In this document: positions 9,381 to 20,100 of the stretch, piece by piece
Layout: each line of letters begins with the position of its first letter
How positions within the stretch are numbered: position 1 is the stretch's first letter
From: Vulcanimicrobiota bacterium
GTDB lineage: Bacteria > Vulcanimicrobiota > Vulcanimicrobiia > Vulcanimicrobiales > Vulcanimicrobiaceae
Direction: 5' to 3'
Assembly (NCBI GenBank): GCA_028287525.1
Contig: JAQBPM010000300.1
Coordinates: 10,232-74,231, forward strand
DNA: 64,000 bases
Notes under the pieces: generated by a model
Told to the model about the DNA's origin: nothing
Databases searched by the model: none
The model's input: the letters and a program-made list of their open reading frames with translations, nothing else
Program-made: the position numbers and the translations under genes

Positions 9381-10205
9381 CTATGGCGCCGCGAGCGCCG
9401 TCCACGTCGTGCCGGTCGTGCTCGCGCCTGACGTGTTGGCGTACCAGCGCGATCCGGTCGTGCCGTCGATGCGCAGGTACACCGAGGAGTTCATCGCCGA
9501 GAACGTCGGAACGCCGGTGCCGGAGTAGAAGCTCGCTGCGCCAGAGATGAGGTGTCCGCCCGCGCCACCGCTGTTTGCGGTGACGGTCGTCGCGCCGTTC
9601 ACGGGGCCGTTCATCGCAACCCCCGCGCTGAACGTCGCTAGTCCCGTCTTGTCGAGGCGGAGCGCCCGACTCACCGAGCCGCTGTCGCCCGTCGTATAGA
9701 AGTCGAGATATCCGCCGTAGTTGGCATCACCAGCCGCGCTTTGTTTTGCAGCACGGATGGCGCCAAACACGTACTGAGCGGTGCCGTTACCAGTCGTCCC
9801 GCCCAGCGCGATCGTTGCCCCCTTGTCGATAGCCGCCGTGGACGTCGCGATGTACGTCGCGAGCGCTCCAACGCCGCCGCCGCCGCCAGAGCTAAACGAG
9901 TCAACGCCTTGTACGTCGAGAGAAATCGGTTGCACGGTGCCAATTCCCGACGCTGCGCCGATGATCGTCTTGGCGGTGAAAGCCTTAATTCCGGCCGCGA
10001 CCTGCGCCGTCGTGAGGTCAAGAAATACCGAGTTCCATTGCGAGACCGTCGCCTTCGACGTCGTTCCCGAGTGAACGATCACGGTCAGATCGGCCCCGGC
10101 GGGCGTCGCGGACGGAAGGCCCGAGATCGGGACATCGGCGCTCGCCATGGATGCGGACAAGGCAAGCACGATGGTGAGCAGATACGCGAGGGTGCGTTTG
10201 AACAT
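9381..10205 (-). CDS. Tail-fibre-like protein with N-terminal signal peptide
   Basis: MFKRTLAYLLTIVLALSASMASA; ISGLPSAT…VIVHSGTTSKATVS; C-terminal GTGVPTFSA…SVYLRIDG…W fibre-type module. Confidence 0.6.
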   Translation of the reverse strand: MFKRTLAYLLTIVLALSASMASADVPISGLPSATPAGADLTVIVHSGTTSKATVSQWNSVFLDLTTAQVAAGIKAFTAKTIIGAASGIGTVQPISLDVQGVDSFSSGGGGGVGALATYIATSTAAIDKGATIALGGTTGNGTAQYVFGAIRAAKQSAAGDANYGGYLDFYTTGDSGSVSRALRLDKTGLATFSAGVAMNGPVNGATTVTANSGGAGGHLISGAASFYSGTGVPTFSAMNSSVYLRIDGTTGSRWYANTSGASTTGTTWTALAAP

Positions 10206-10332
10206 GCGGAAGAGACCTCCACGGTTGGCGGGCACGCAGGCCCGAAGTGTGCGATGCTGTAAGCGCGGCGAAAGGGCCGACGCGCCAATAGACGACGCGC
10301 ATTGGGTGTGCGGCACAGCCGCAGGGGGAACG

Positions 10333-11358
10333 ATGAAGAGATTGATCGCCGGGCTCGCTTTGGCGGCCGGGCTCGCAGCGTGCGGCGGGGGTGGCGGATC
10401 TTCGCCCGTGCCGGGGCCCGTAGCGACGCCCACGCCGAGCTCGCAGCCGGTGACGTACGCGGCGCACATCCGGTGGACGGGCGCGATGGCGCCGGTCGGC
10501 GCGCTCGCGACGCAGGGTCTGCGCCACACGAGCAGCACCGCGACGCCGTTGCCGGTGATGATCGCGGCGCAGGTGTGCGACCTGGGGCAGAACTGCAATA
10601 ATTTGCCGTACTCGAACGAAGGCTACCCGACGCACGGCGCGATCATCACCATCGACGTGAGTCCGGCTCCGTCGCCGTCCGTCGCGCCGTCATTCGCTCC
10701 CGTCACGGGTCCTGCGGCACTCGCGTCGCCTCAGGCGTCACCGTCGCCGGGAACGCTCGCGGTGACGTCGACGAAAGCGGCCGGACAGGACCAGGTCAGC
10801 GTCACCGTGCCGATCTCCGGCTCACCCGTGACGCAGACGACGACGATCGAGATCTATCCCGGCATCGCGATGGGCTGCGGTCCAGCGTATACCGGCCTGA
10901 CGTCGGGCGCGAGCTTCTCAGGCGGAACGATGACATCCGTCACCGATCCCGCGGTCGCCGACGTCTACGTTTCCGGCCCGTACTGTACCGGTAACTTCTA
11001 CAACGCCACGGAAGCTGCGACGACATTCCACGCTCCGGGCGGCGCGACGCTGCTCGCTGCGGATACCGTCGCGTTCATCGACATCGGGTCTGCGGCGTGG
11101 CGCAACGACTTCATCGCGACGCCGCTCACCCAGCTTCCGCCGACCGGCACGACGAAATGGATGCTCCTGGTCAAGACGCCGCTGAGCTACGTGAAGTTCT
11201 CCTTCGTCCATGGCGGATCGGCAGATTCCGTCTGCACGACACCACCGCTCGCACCAACCTGCGCGGCTAATGGCAGCGCGGGCTTCACTGGCGGAATAGC
11301 CGGCTCCATCGAGGGAAGCTGGGAGCAGAGCGGCTCGAGCATCGACGGGAAGTTCTAA
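10333..11358 (+). CDS. Lipoprotein moron, opposite to the late operon
   Basis: MKRLIAGLALAAGLAAC lipobox, GGGGGS and Pro/Thr linkers, several Cys. Confidence 0.8.
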   Translation: MKRLIAGLALAAGLAACGGGGGSSPVPGPVATPTPSSQPVTYAAHIRWTGAMAPVGALATQGLRHTSSTATPLPVMIAAQVCDLGQNCNNLPYSNEGYPTHGAIITIDVSPAPSPSVAPSFAPVTGPAALASPQASPSPGTLAVTSTKAAGQDQVSVTVPISGSPVTQTTTIEIYPGIAMGCGPAYTGLTSGASFSGGTMTSVTDPAVADVYVSGPYCTGNFYNATEAATTFHAPGGATLLAADTVAFIDIGSAAWRNDFIATPLTQLPPTGTTKWMLLVKTPLSYVKFSFVHGGSADSVCTTPPLAPTCAANGSAGFTGGIAGSIEGSWEQSGSSIDGKF

Positions 11359-11362
11359 GGCC

Positions 11363-11722
11363 CTAGCGTTCCGGATGGAACGCATGGCCGAACGCGATCT
11401 TCGCATGCGCCTTAATCGCCGCGTCGTAGGTTCGGTCGGTCCCGAGCACGCCGTGCCCTTTGAGCGCGGCGTGCTTCGCGATCTTCGGGTTATGATCGTC
11501 CAGCGTTCGCCCTGAGGTCATCGACGGCCAGAGCGTCACGATGCCCTGCGTCTCCATCGCCTCGAGCTCGTCCAGCACGCCCATATCGCGCACGCGTAGC
11601 GTCACGAGACAGTCGCCGCCGGCGAGCGGATGCGTGTGCCAGGAGACGCACCGATGCGGCGTCCATGGGCCGAACTGCGCGTGCGGATCGGCGCCGTGGA
11701 AGATCAGGAAGAGCTTGTGCAC
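11363..11722 (-). CDS. His-rich hypothetical protein downstream of the tail protein
   Basis: GTG at 11722 after GGAGG; 119 aa. Confidence 0.6.
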   Translation of the reverse strand: MHKLFLIFHGADPHAQFGPWTPHRCVSWHTHPLAGGDCLVTLRVRDMGVLDELEAMETQGIVTLWPSMTSGRTLDDHNPKIAKHAALKGHGVLGTDRTYDAAIKAHAKIAFGHAFHPER

Positions 11723-11730
11723 CAGGCCTC

Positions 11731-14700
11731 CTAGAGCGTGATGAGGTTGTGGCCGATCACGCGCCCCATGACCATCTGCGCGCCTACGACGCGCAGCTTC
11801 TGGAACATGCCGGGCCCGCGCCATTCAAGCATCGTGACCGGATAGAGCCCGCCGTCGACGCCCTGCAAGAGCGTTCCAATCGTGCAGTTCCGCGTCTCGA
11901 TCCACGACCCGTCCGGGCGCTTCCAGAGGTGCGTTTCCTCGACGTCGAATTCTTCGGCGTCGCCACCCTCGCCGACGCGCGCGCGCATCAGCAGTCCCGG
12001 CATCGAGGACGACGCGAGAACCGGCTTCCATTCGCCGTCGGGACCGCGCACTTCATCGCCCGCAACTATGTCGCCGGCGCGAATCATCCCGCGGCTGGTG
12101 AGCATCGGCTGGTCCGACGATGGGCATTGCACGCCTCCGCCGCCGCCGCCCGGCGGAGTGCCGCCGCTGCTGCTGCTGACCGCAGGCGTGTTGCACTGCA
12201 TGTTCACCGCGATCGGGAGGTAGCCGTCGAGATTCAGCCACTGATGATCGGATGCGCTCGCCGTTGCACCTGCCTGCTGGCGGACCTCAATGGCGTTCGT
12301 CGCCATGTTGATCCGCATGCAGAAGTAGTATGCCGTAGACGCGTTCAGGCCAGAGAGCGCTCCGGTGTTCCCGCTCGTCACGGCCGTCGTCACTCCGACT
12401 GCTTGCGAGGGATAGTGGACGGTCGGCACGGACGAGCCATTCGTGCCATCCCAGAAGATCGTCACGGTGCTGTTGCCGGTGGCGCCCGCGCCGCTCGAGG
12501 CCGTGTAAGTGAATCCCGACGTCGAGACCGCGGCCTGCAGCGTTCCGTTGAGCTTCAGGTGCAGCGTCGTCGTGAGATCACCGCCGCTGTTCCACGAGCC
12601 GCGATACCCGCCGTTCATGCGACCGTAGTTCACACCAACGTAGCCGTCGCTGGAGTCGAAGAAGTCACCGTTCGCATCGGCCTGCGCGCTGACGGCCCAG
12701 TTGATTGCTGAGGTCTGACCGAACGAATCTTTGTAGTAGATCCCGAGATCGATATTGTCGCCCGCGAAGGCGTTGACCGCGCGCACGAACGTCGCGGTGC
12801 CGGCGCCCACGTTGTAGGTGACGCCGGAACCCCATTTGACCGGCACCGCATCAGTCGTCGCGCCACCGTTGATCCGCGTGACGGTGTAGACGTCGCCGGC
12901 CCACGTCGGCTGCGCGCTGAAGTCCGAGACCGTGACGGTGAGCGTCGTGGTCTGCCGAACACCGCGGCCGATCGTGCGCGTCGAGGCTGAGCCCGTCGTG
13001 ACGGTAGGACCGGCCGAAACCAGCGCCGCCGGCATCGCGCCCATCGCGGTGTTCGCGATTCCGCCGCCGACGATGCCGGCCCACTGCGAGGGGTAGACTA
13101 CGGCGCTCGGCGCTCCGGACTGGTCGAGGTAGTAGATCCCGACGTCGACGGTGACGCCGGCGGGGATCTGCACGGTGCCGGCATACGCACCGGTCGTCGT
13201 CGCCGCGAGCGGGTTGATGATCCCGACCGCCTCGTGCGTCGCCGCCTTGCGCATGATGAGGACGGCCTTGTCGAGCCAGTTCGGGACCGTTCCGAACGAG
13301 CCGCCGTAATCGGACGCCGCGACTTGGCACGACACGTCCTGCATCGCGACGCCGGAGCCCGCGCGCTGGGCGCCTACCGCGGGGGTGCCCGTGAGTGTTG
13401 GGCCGGCCGAGGCGATCCCGCCGGGCATCTTTGCCAGGGCTACGGTGCCGATGATGACGGGCGCCGCCGGCGTCGCGACGATGAAGCCATGCGCCGCGTC
13501 GGCAAAGCGCGACTCGGCTCCATTCGTCGGCACTGCCGGCGCTTCGCCGCCCTGCGCATCCTCGAAGGCGACGCCCCAATCGTACGCGACGCCGTTGGTG
13601 AGGTCGTTCGCGTTGACGATGTATGTCTGCGATGCGGTCGGTGTCGGAGTTCCGGTCGCCGGTATGGCGAACACCTTGTCGTACATCGCCCCGGAGCTGG
13701 TCTTGCGCCGGTAGATCGCGATCTTCTTGAGCGTGCCGTCCGTTGGCTGGTTGCCGATCGTGAACGTCAGCGCGATCGAACCGGTGATTCCGTTCGCCGA
13801 GTCCGTGAACACGTACGACGGCGCGGTGATCGTCGGCGCAGCTGCGGTGCCGTTGCGAGCGAGGTACGGCGTCGTGATGACCAGCGCCGCGGGCGTGAAG
13901 CCGCTCGCGACCTGGCCCGCCGAGCCGATCTGCACGAGCGGCCCGTAGTCCGCACTGCCAATGCCGACGAACCCGACGTAGACGTCGATCAGCTGCCCCG
14001 CACCGATCTCGAAGCCCAGCTGCAGCGTCTGTGTCGCGCCGCCGCTCTGAAGGATCGTGACCTCGCCAACCGGCTTGAACTTGTTCGGGTCCGTCGAGCC
14101 GTGCAGCGCGTAGTAGAAAGCAAGGCCGGTCACGGTCTTGTCGGTCGTGCAGTTCGTCACCGTCGCCGACGCATTTACCTGCGCGTGCACCGAGTTGTCC
14201 GTGAAGCCAGCGGCCAGCGGCGTGGACGCCGGGATCGTCGGCACTGGGTGCGAGCCGAAGTTCACTGCGCCGACACCGATCGGGTTCACCGCCGTGGGGC
14301 CGAGGCCAAGCCACGGCGTCGGGCGATCGTTCGTGTCGACCGCGCGGACGTAGATCGTGACGGACTGACCGGCGCCGATCCCCGGCACGACGCCGTTGTA
14401 GACGCCCGTCGCAGTCGGGTCGCACTTCGTGGCCGTCGTCGGATTGTTACCGGTCGCAGCCCAGCCGAGCTCGAGATACGCGAGGGACGGGTTCGCAAGC
14501 GTCCACGTCGACGCGAGTTGAAACGTGATCGGCTGGTCGTACGCACCGGCGCCGGTGTTGCTCGGACCTGGAATCTGGGGATTCGGGCTGATCGTGCCGC
14601 CGCCAGCCGCCGCGAGCGTCGGGGCCGCGGTGATGTCGAGCGTCGGCAACGCGATGAGCGTGCGAATGTCGTTGACCAGCACGGTGTCTTGCGGCGCCGA

Positions 14701-16242
14701 GACGCTCAGCACGACCACGGAAGCGAGGTTGAGCTGCGTCGCGGTCTCAGCGGGCCGGGCGCCCTTCGTGATGACGTATTGGCCCGCCGACGTCAACGAG
14801 ATCGTGAACGAGCCGTCGGTGCCAGGGCCGCCCGCGATGTCCAGCCCGTCCTCGGTCGTGATCCCGATGCCGGTCTCGGTCGTGATGTGACCGTCGGACA
14901 AGACTGTAAGGGGAAGCGCTCCCGCCGAGACGAGTACGCCGGACCCGGATCCCGGGAAAACCGCCTGCGTCGGTCCCAGGGCCACGCGCGCCGGCGACGT
15001 GGACGTCGACGTGACGTTCCCGCCCGCGCGCACGTAGAGCGTCTGCCGGTTCATCGGCAAGCCCTTGATGATCGTGGCCATCGCCGCGGTCACGTTGAGG
15101 CCCATCCGGTAGACCGCGACGTCGAGATACGGCGCCGGCGCGACCGTCTCGATGTACTGCACGACGCGCTCGCCGGAGACCGAGATCCGGACCATGGCGC
15201 AGCGGACCTGCTTGTAGACGGCGGCCTGACTCGCCGTCTTCGGCACTTCGTTGATCTGCAACCAGGTGCCGCCGAAGATCGCGTTGTCGGGCACGTGGAT
15301 CTTGAACGCGCTCTGCGCTTGCGGATAAGCGTGCAGCGGGAAGAACACCGTCGCGTACGCTTGGCACGCGGCGTTCGAGAGCAGCGTCGGGACGGACAGC
15401 TTCTCTTGCCATGGCGTGAACTGCGAGACGGACGCCGGGTCCTGATAGACGCCGTACGCCTGTGCTCCGGTCGTCGGGTCCTTGCCGCCGTAGACCGCGA
15501 TGACGTTCTTGATGTCGCGGTACTTTGTCGCGATCTTGTACTCGCGGATCTGCGCGCCGCGGAAGAGCACCTTGAAGTTGACGCCCGCGACGACGTTCGG
15601 GTTCTGATCCGACTGAATGACGACCGAGCGCGTTAGGTCGTGCTTCGTGCGAACAGCCCACGTGAAGAACAGGCCCGAGGTGTCGCGACCGGTCTTCGTG
15701 ATCGTGTCGACCGCGGCGCCGAGTTGCGTCGCATCGAACTGCATCGCGTTGAGCGCGAACATGCTCGCGGGAAGCGTCGGCGCAGAGAACGTCGTCGGCT
15801 GGTACGTCGTCAGCAGATGGTTGATATAGGGCGATGCGTCGAGGGTCGGGTTGATTCCGACTCCCGGGTTGATCTGCTCCGAGACGATCGCCGCGTCGAG
15901 GCGCTTAAAGTCGCCGAAGAGATACGCGGTGACCTTGCCGCTGGCGTCCTCCTCGAGCTGGTCGAAGTCGACGATGTACCCGCCCCAGTACGGGTCGAGC
16001 GGCCGCACCGTGCCGGCCGGCCACATCCAGAAAAGGACCTGATACAGGAAGCCGATCTGGCCGATCTTGTTGTACGGCCGCGCGAAGACGATCTGGTCCG
16101 AGCCACCAGCGCCGCTGCCGCCGTTGATCCCGTCGCTAAGCTGCAGCGTGAGAATATCGGACTGCGGAATGTCGACGAGCTTGCCGGTAGCATCGAAAAT
16201 CTGGACGAGCCAGTTCGTCTTCGCTGATGCAGGCAAGAACAA
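11731..16242 (-). CDS. Large tail tip/central fibre protein: hub domain, ~5 FN3/Ig-like repeats, C-terminal Hint domain
   Basis: Position after Dit; repeats ending AG-x-x-x-D(V/L)G(I/V)YYxD; poly-Gly then C…GDEV…EETH…GHN at the C-terminus. Confidence 0.85.
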   Translation of the reverse strand: MFLPASAKTNWLVQIFDATGKLVDIPQSDILTLQLSDGINGGSGAGGSDQIVFARPYNKIGQIGFLYQVLFWMWPAGTVRPLDPYWGGYIVDFDQLEEDASGKVTAYLFGDFKRLDAAIVSEQINPGVGINPTLDASPYINHLLTTYQPTTFSAPTLPASMFALNAMQFDATQLGAAVDTITKTGRDTSGLFFTWAVRTKHDLTRSVVIQSDQNPNVVAGVNFKVLFRGAQIREYKIATKYRDIKNVIAVYGGKDPTTGAQAYGVYQDPASVSQFTPWQEKLSVPTLLSNAACQAYATVFFPLHAYPQAQSAFKIHVPDNAIFGGTWLQINEVPKTASQAAVYKQVRCAMVRISVSGERVVQYIETVAPAPYLDVAVYRMGLNVTAAMATIIKGLPMNRQTLYVRAGGNVTSTSTSPARVALGPTQAVFPGSGSGVLVSAGALPLTVLSDGHITTETGIGITTEDGLDIAGGPGTDGSFTISLTSAGQYVITKGARPAETATQLNLASVVVLSVSAPQDTVLVNDIRTLIALPTLDITAAPTLAAAGGGTISPNPQIPGPSNTGAGAYDQPITFQLASTWTLANPSLAYLELGWAATGNNPTTATKCDPTATGVYNGVVPGIGAGQSVTIYVRAVDTNDRPTPWLGLGPTAVNPIGVGAVNFGSHPVPTIPASTPLAAGFTDNSVHAQVNASATVTNCTTDKTVTGLAFYYALHGSTDPNKFKPVGEVTILQSGGATQTLQLGFEIGAGQLIDVYVGFVGIGSADYGPLVQIGSAGQVASGFTPAALVITTPYLARNGTAAAPTITAPSYVFTDSANGITGSIALTFTIGNQPTDGTLKKIAIYRRKTSSGAMYDKVFAIPATGTPTPTASQTYIVNANDLTNGVAYDWGVAFEDAQGGEAPAVPTNGAESRFADAAHGFIVATPAAPVIIGTVALAKMPGGIASAGPTLTGTPAVGAQRAGSGVAMQDVSCQVAASDYGGSFGTVPNWLDKAVLIMRKAATHEAVGIINPLAATTTGAYAGTVQIPAGVTVDVGIYYLDQSGAPSAVVYPSQWAGIVGGGIANTAMGAMPAALVSAGPTVTTGSASTRTIGRGVRQTTTLTVTVSDFSAQPTWAGDVYTVTRINGGATTDAVPVKWGSGVTYNVGAGTATFVRAVNAFAGDNIDLGIYYKDSFGQTSAINWAVSAQADANGDFFDSSDGYVGVNYGRMNGGYRGSWNSGGDLTTTLHLKLNGTLQAAVSTSGFTYTASSGAGATGNSTVTIFWDGTNGSSVPTVHYPSQAVGVTTAVTSGNTGALSGLNASTAYYFCMRINMATNAIEVRQQAGATASASDHQWLNLDGYLPIAVNMQCNTPAVSSSSGGTPPGGGGGGVQCPSSDQPMLTSRGMIRAGDIVAGDEVRGPDGEWKPVLASSSMPGLLMRARVGEGGDAEEFDVEETHLWKRPDGSWIETRNCTIGTLLQGVDGGLYPVTMLEWRGPGMFQKLRVVGAQMVMGRVIGHNLITL

Positions 16243-16289
16243 GCCCTCCGGAAGACGATGGCGGGAAACGCGCGATCAGCGCGGCGTGA

Positions 16290-17120
16290 TCAGAATGAGT
16301 AGGCTTCGTGCCAGGAGACGGTGACGCTCGTCCCGCCGGCCGACGTCGTGACCGTGTTCGACGATCCGGCCGAGAGGTACGGGAAGAACGATGCGTCGCC
16401 CACGCCGTTGGTGCTGTTCGTGAGATCGATGAGGTCGAGTCGCGGGACGCCGTTGAGCAGCACGCCGTTTGCGCGATTGCGCGGATCGCAGTCGATCACG
16501 ATCTGGTCGCCGCCGACCATCGTCTTGAGCAGCTGCAGCCGGATCGAGTTCCCGCCACCGCCGGATGGAAAGAGGGTGAGCGCCGGGTTGACGTAAGCCC
16601 CCACGAATGTCGCGGTCGGATAGACGATACCGGAGCCGCCGATGACGATGCCCGAGGTGTTGAGCGACGTGCTAGGCCCGAGCGTCGTCGTCGCTGTCGC
16701 AATCCAGCGAGGGTCCGCCGCGACGAACTCGATCTGGACCTCGATAACGGTCTGCTGCGTCCCTTCGACGTAGGTGGACGTGAATTTCGTCTTCTGACAC
16801 TGGATCGCGCGCGCCGGGGTCGCGCCGACGTTGAGCGCCTGGTATCCTGACTCCAGGTAGGACTCCATCAGGTTGCACTCGGCCTCGGCCTGGTCGCGCG
16901 TCACGATGAACGCGCCGGCCGAGTCCACCGCGCCGACGCCGCCGATCGTACCCTTGATCGCGATCACCTTGGCTGCGCGCGTGCCCTGCGGGATCTGCTC
17001 GCCGTCGAGGAACGGGATCTTCAGCCGGTCGACCGTCGAGGGCTGGTCGCGCGAGACCAGCATGAAGCTCGCCGGGAACGAATAGCCGCCGAAGCTGATG
17101 CTCGAGGTGACGAAGCTCAT
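16290..17120 (-). CDS. Distal tail protein (Dit-like)
   Basis: ATG overlaps the TMP stop; IEFVAADPRW, FFPYLSAG…NTV…VSWHEAY pattern. Confidence 0.75.
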   Translation of the reverse strand: MSFVTSSISFGGYSFPASFMLVSRDQPSTVDRLKIPFLDGEQIPQGTRAAKVIAIKGTIGGVGAVDSAGAFIVTRDQAEAECNLMESYLESGYQALNVGATPARAIQCQKTKFTSTYVEGTQQTVIEVQIEFVAADPRWIATATTTLGPSTSLNTSGIVIGGSGIVYPTATFVGAYVNPALTLFPSGGGGNSIRLQLLKTMVGGDQIVIDCDPRNRANGVLLNGVPRLDLIDLTNSTNGVGDASFFPYLSAGSSNTVTTSAGGTSVTVSWHEAYSF

Positions 17121-20100
17121 ATCGCGATCCGGTCGAGCGAGTACTGGCGCGCGCGCACGGCGCGATCGAGCGCGTCGCCGTGGAACATCGCGAGGTCCAT
17201 CGCGTCGCCTGCGCTGTTGATGTCGCCGTTGTGCGTGATGTTTTGCGTGATGGCGACGTCGCCGCCGGTGACGCTGCGCGTGACCACGGCGAGCGCATTG
17301 GCGGCGCCTGCGCCGGCGTTCGTGATGCTGCCGACGAGCTCGTTCCCGGCCGAGGAGATGTTCTGCGAGATCGATTGCGCCGAGTCGCTGAGCGCCTGGA
17401 ACGACGGCGTGATACTCGCGGTCGCCTCTTTGATCGCCGTCGAGGCGTCGGCAACGAGATCGGACCAGTACTTCGTGACGCCGTTGCTGAGCTGGACCAT
17501 CCCGTCCTTGAGATACGAGAAGCCCGTCGCGCCGGCGAACTCCGAGGTCAGATTCGCGTCGAGCCCCTTGCCGCCGGTCTTGGCAATGTACTGGCTGAGG
17601 AAGTTGACCTCGCCGTGGCCGCCGAGTTGCTGCGCTAGCGCCGCATTCTCGGAGAAGCCCTGGCCGTTGGCCATGTACTGCGGCGCCGAGTCGTAGCCGC
17701 CCGATCCGCCGAGGTTCGCGAGCCCCTGGCCGTAGCTCGAAACGTCTCCGGCGAGATCCGGATTGTCGTGCGCGTTCGGCGCTGCCTTGCCGAACATTGA
17801 GCCGACGAGCGATCCAAGGCCGGCCCCGATCCATCCGCCGACCGGGCCGCCGAAGAACGACCCGACCGCGCCGCCCAGGCCGCCGCCGATCTCCCCCCAG
17901 GTGACGTGCGAGCCGCCGCCCATCATGTGGCCGAAGACGTCTCCGGCGATGATGCCGGCGGCGACAGGCGCGACCGACTTGCCGATCGTCGACGCGCCGA
18001 ACTGCGTGTTGAGCGTGCCTCCGAGCAACCCGTTCCGGCCGGCGAGCACGCCGTTCCCGCCAGGGGTGCCGAGGATCGCGGTCGCGAGCCCGCCGCTGCC
18101 CGCCGCGCCCCCAGCGCCGCCGCCGAAGAGATTCTTCGCCATGCTGAAGAGGCCGCCGCTCCCAAAGAGCGCCGACACGAGCTTGAGGGCGAGAATGCCT
18201 TCGAGTATCTTCAGGAGCACGCCGAGCAGGCCGCCGCCCATGTCCGGAGACTTGAGCGCGTCGATCGTCGGCTGCTGGACCTGCGAGAGGTTGCTGTACG
18301 ACGTCGGCGTCGGCGAGAGCGTCCCGATCCGTCCGCTGGCCAGCTCGTTCATCGTCGGAATGTCGTGCACGATGCTGATGAAGGGCGCGATCGTCGAGTC
18401 GAGCTTGTTGAAGTCGACGTTGATCCGGTCGAGCAGCGCGACGTGGATGCCGAACGCCCGCAGGATGCGTGCGATCACGTTGTAGAGATCGATGAAGATG
18501 TTGGCGACGAAGCCGACCGCCTGTAGCACGGCGTCGATCACGGGCCGGAAGGCGTCGATCAGCTGCGCGAAGACCTTCATCAGCTGGTTGACGACGTTCA
18601 TGACGTCGGCGAAAGACTTCGACTTCTCGGCCGCGGCGATCAGGAACGACGTCGGATTGAAGGCGAACGAGATCCCGTTGGTCGCGTTGCCGGCGGCGTC
18701 CATCTGACGCGCAACGGTGAGTCCGGGCACGTTGAGCTTCTGGATGAGGTCGGCCGCGAATTGGCCGACCGAGAAGCGCGCCTGTTCGATCGCGTCGGTG
18801 AGCTTGAGATGCGCGATCCGCACGTCGCTCATCGTCTGCTGATGCGCGAGGATCGCCGCGTTGAGCGTGTTCTGAGCGGCGGCCATCGTGCGCGCGGCCT
18901 GCTCGGGCTTCTCCAACGCAGCAGCGGCCCGCGCCGCGTTGAAGTCCAACTCGGCAAGGTGGAGGTTGAGCTTCGCGATCGTGCGCGCGAAGTTCGCCTG
19001 GTCGAGGTCGTGCTGCGCCTTAAATTCGGGCAGCGGCTGGCCGAGAGCGGTGTCTCGGGCGAAGGCGTTCCGATCGGTCTGAGCTGCCTGTTGTACGCCG
19101 AAGACCGCTTTGTCGCGGGCTGCCCCGCGCGAGATCTGCTCGAGCGCGAGCTGCTGCTGGATGAGCGGGTCGAAGGCGTGCTGGATGTCCCGGCCCAGCT
19201 TCGCCAGCGTGCCGCCCAGCTTGATGAACTCGCCGTTGAGCTTCGAGGCGGCCGAGACGTGTTCGTTCATCCGCTTGGCGATCTCGGCGTGGGCCTTGGA
19301 CTGCTGCTCGGCCTTGCCCGTGACCTGGCCCATCAGGGCGTGCTCGAGCTGCGCGGCCTTGAGTTCGGCGTCGCGTTGGGCCTTGATCGCCTCGCGCAGC
19401 TTTAGCGTGCGCTCGAGCTCCTGGCGTTCGAGGGTTTGCTCTTCGGCGACGTTGCTTTGAGTCAGAGGCTTGTAGGGGTCGCGCTTGTCGCGCAGCACGG
19501 CGAGCTTCGCCGCGGTCTCCTGGAGCGCGTTCTGCGCCTCTTCTACGCGGTGCTTCGCAGCGGCCAGCATCGCGTCGATCGGCGCGAACCAGGCGGCGAG
19601 GTCGCTGGCCTTGATCTTGCCGGGACCGCCGAGCCCGCTCCAGTCGATGTTCGGCATCTTGAGCGAACCGAGCGCCGATCCGAAGAAGCCGACGACGTTC
19701 TTCCAGACATTTTTGGCATACTCGACGCCGGCGTCCATGCCGCCCTTGATGCCGTTGTAGATCGCGGTCCGCATCTTCGGCATGGATGTGCTCATCATGT
19801 CGCCGAGGTCGTGGGATCCCCAGATAGCGCCAGGAGCCCCTCCGAACATGATCGCGGCGATGTCGATGAGGAGACGCTTGAGGTTCTCGCTGCTACCAAG
19901 AACGTTATTGACGAACTCCTGCCATGATGAAGCGGCGAAGTTGCAGAAGTTCGCCCAAGCGTGACCCAGCTTGTCGAGATTGAAGTAGATCAGCGCAAGC
20001 GCGGCGACGACGGCCACGATCGCTGCAATGATGCCGATCAGCGGCGCTTGCGAGAGCCATTCGGCGATCGTTAGCGTCGTGAACGCTTCGCGCGCTAGCC

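Noticed and set aside
10250-10320. GAAA-containing stem resembling a c-di-GMP-I riboswitch upstream of the lipoprotein
   Set aside because: Lacks the GGCAAAC/GACGCAAAGC core and the second hairpin.
13234-15636. 800-aa + strand ORF (also 26554-29079 and many similar Arg-rich ORFs)
   Set aside because: Antisense shadows of real genes caused by high-GC codon bias; no motifs.
9381-16242. Diversity-generating retroelement or invertible tail-fibre cassette
   Set aside because: No reverse transcriptase, no TR/VR repeat pair and no flanking inverted repeats seen by eye.
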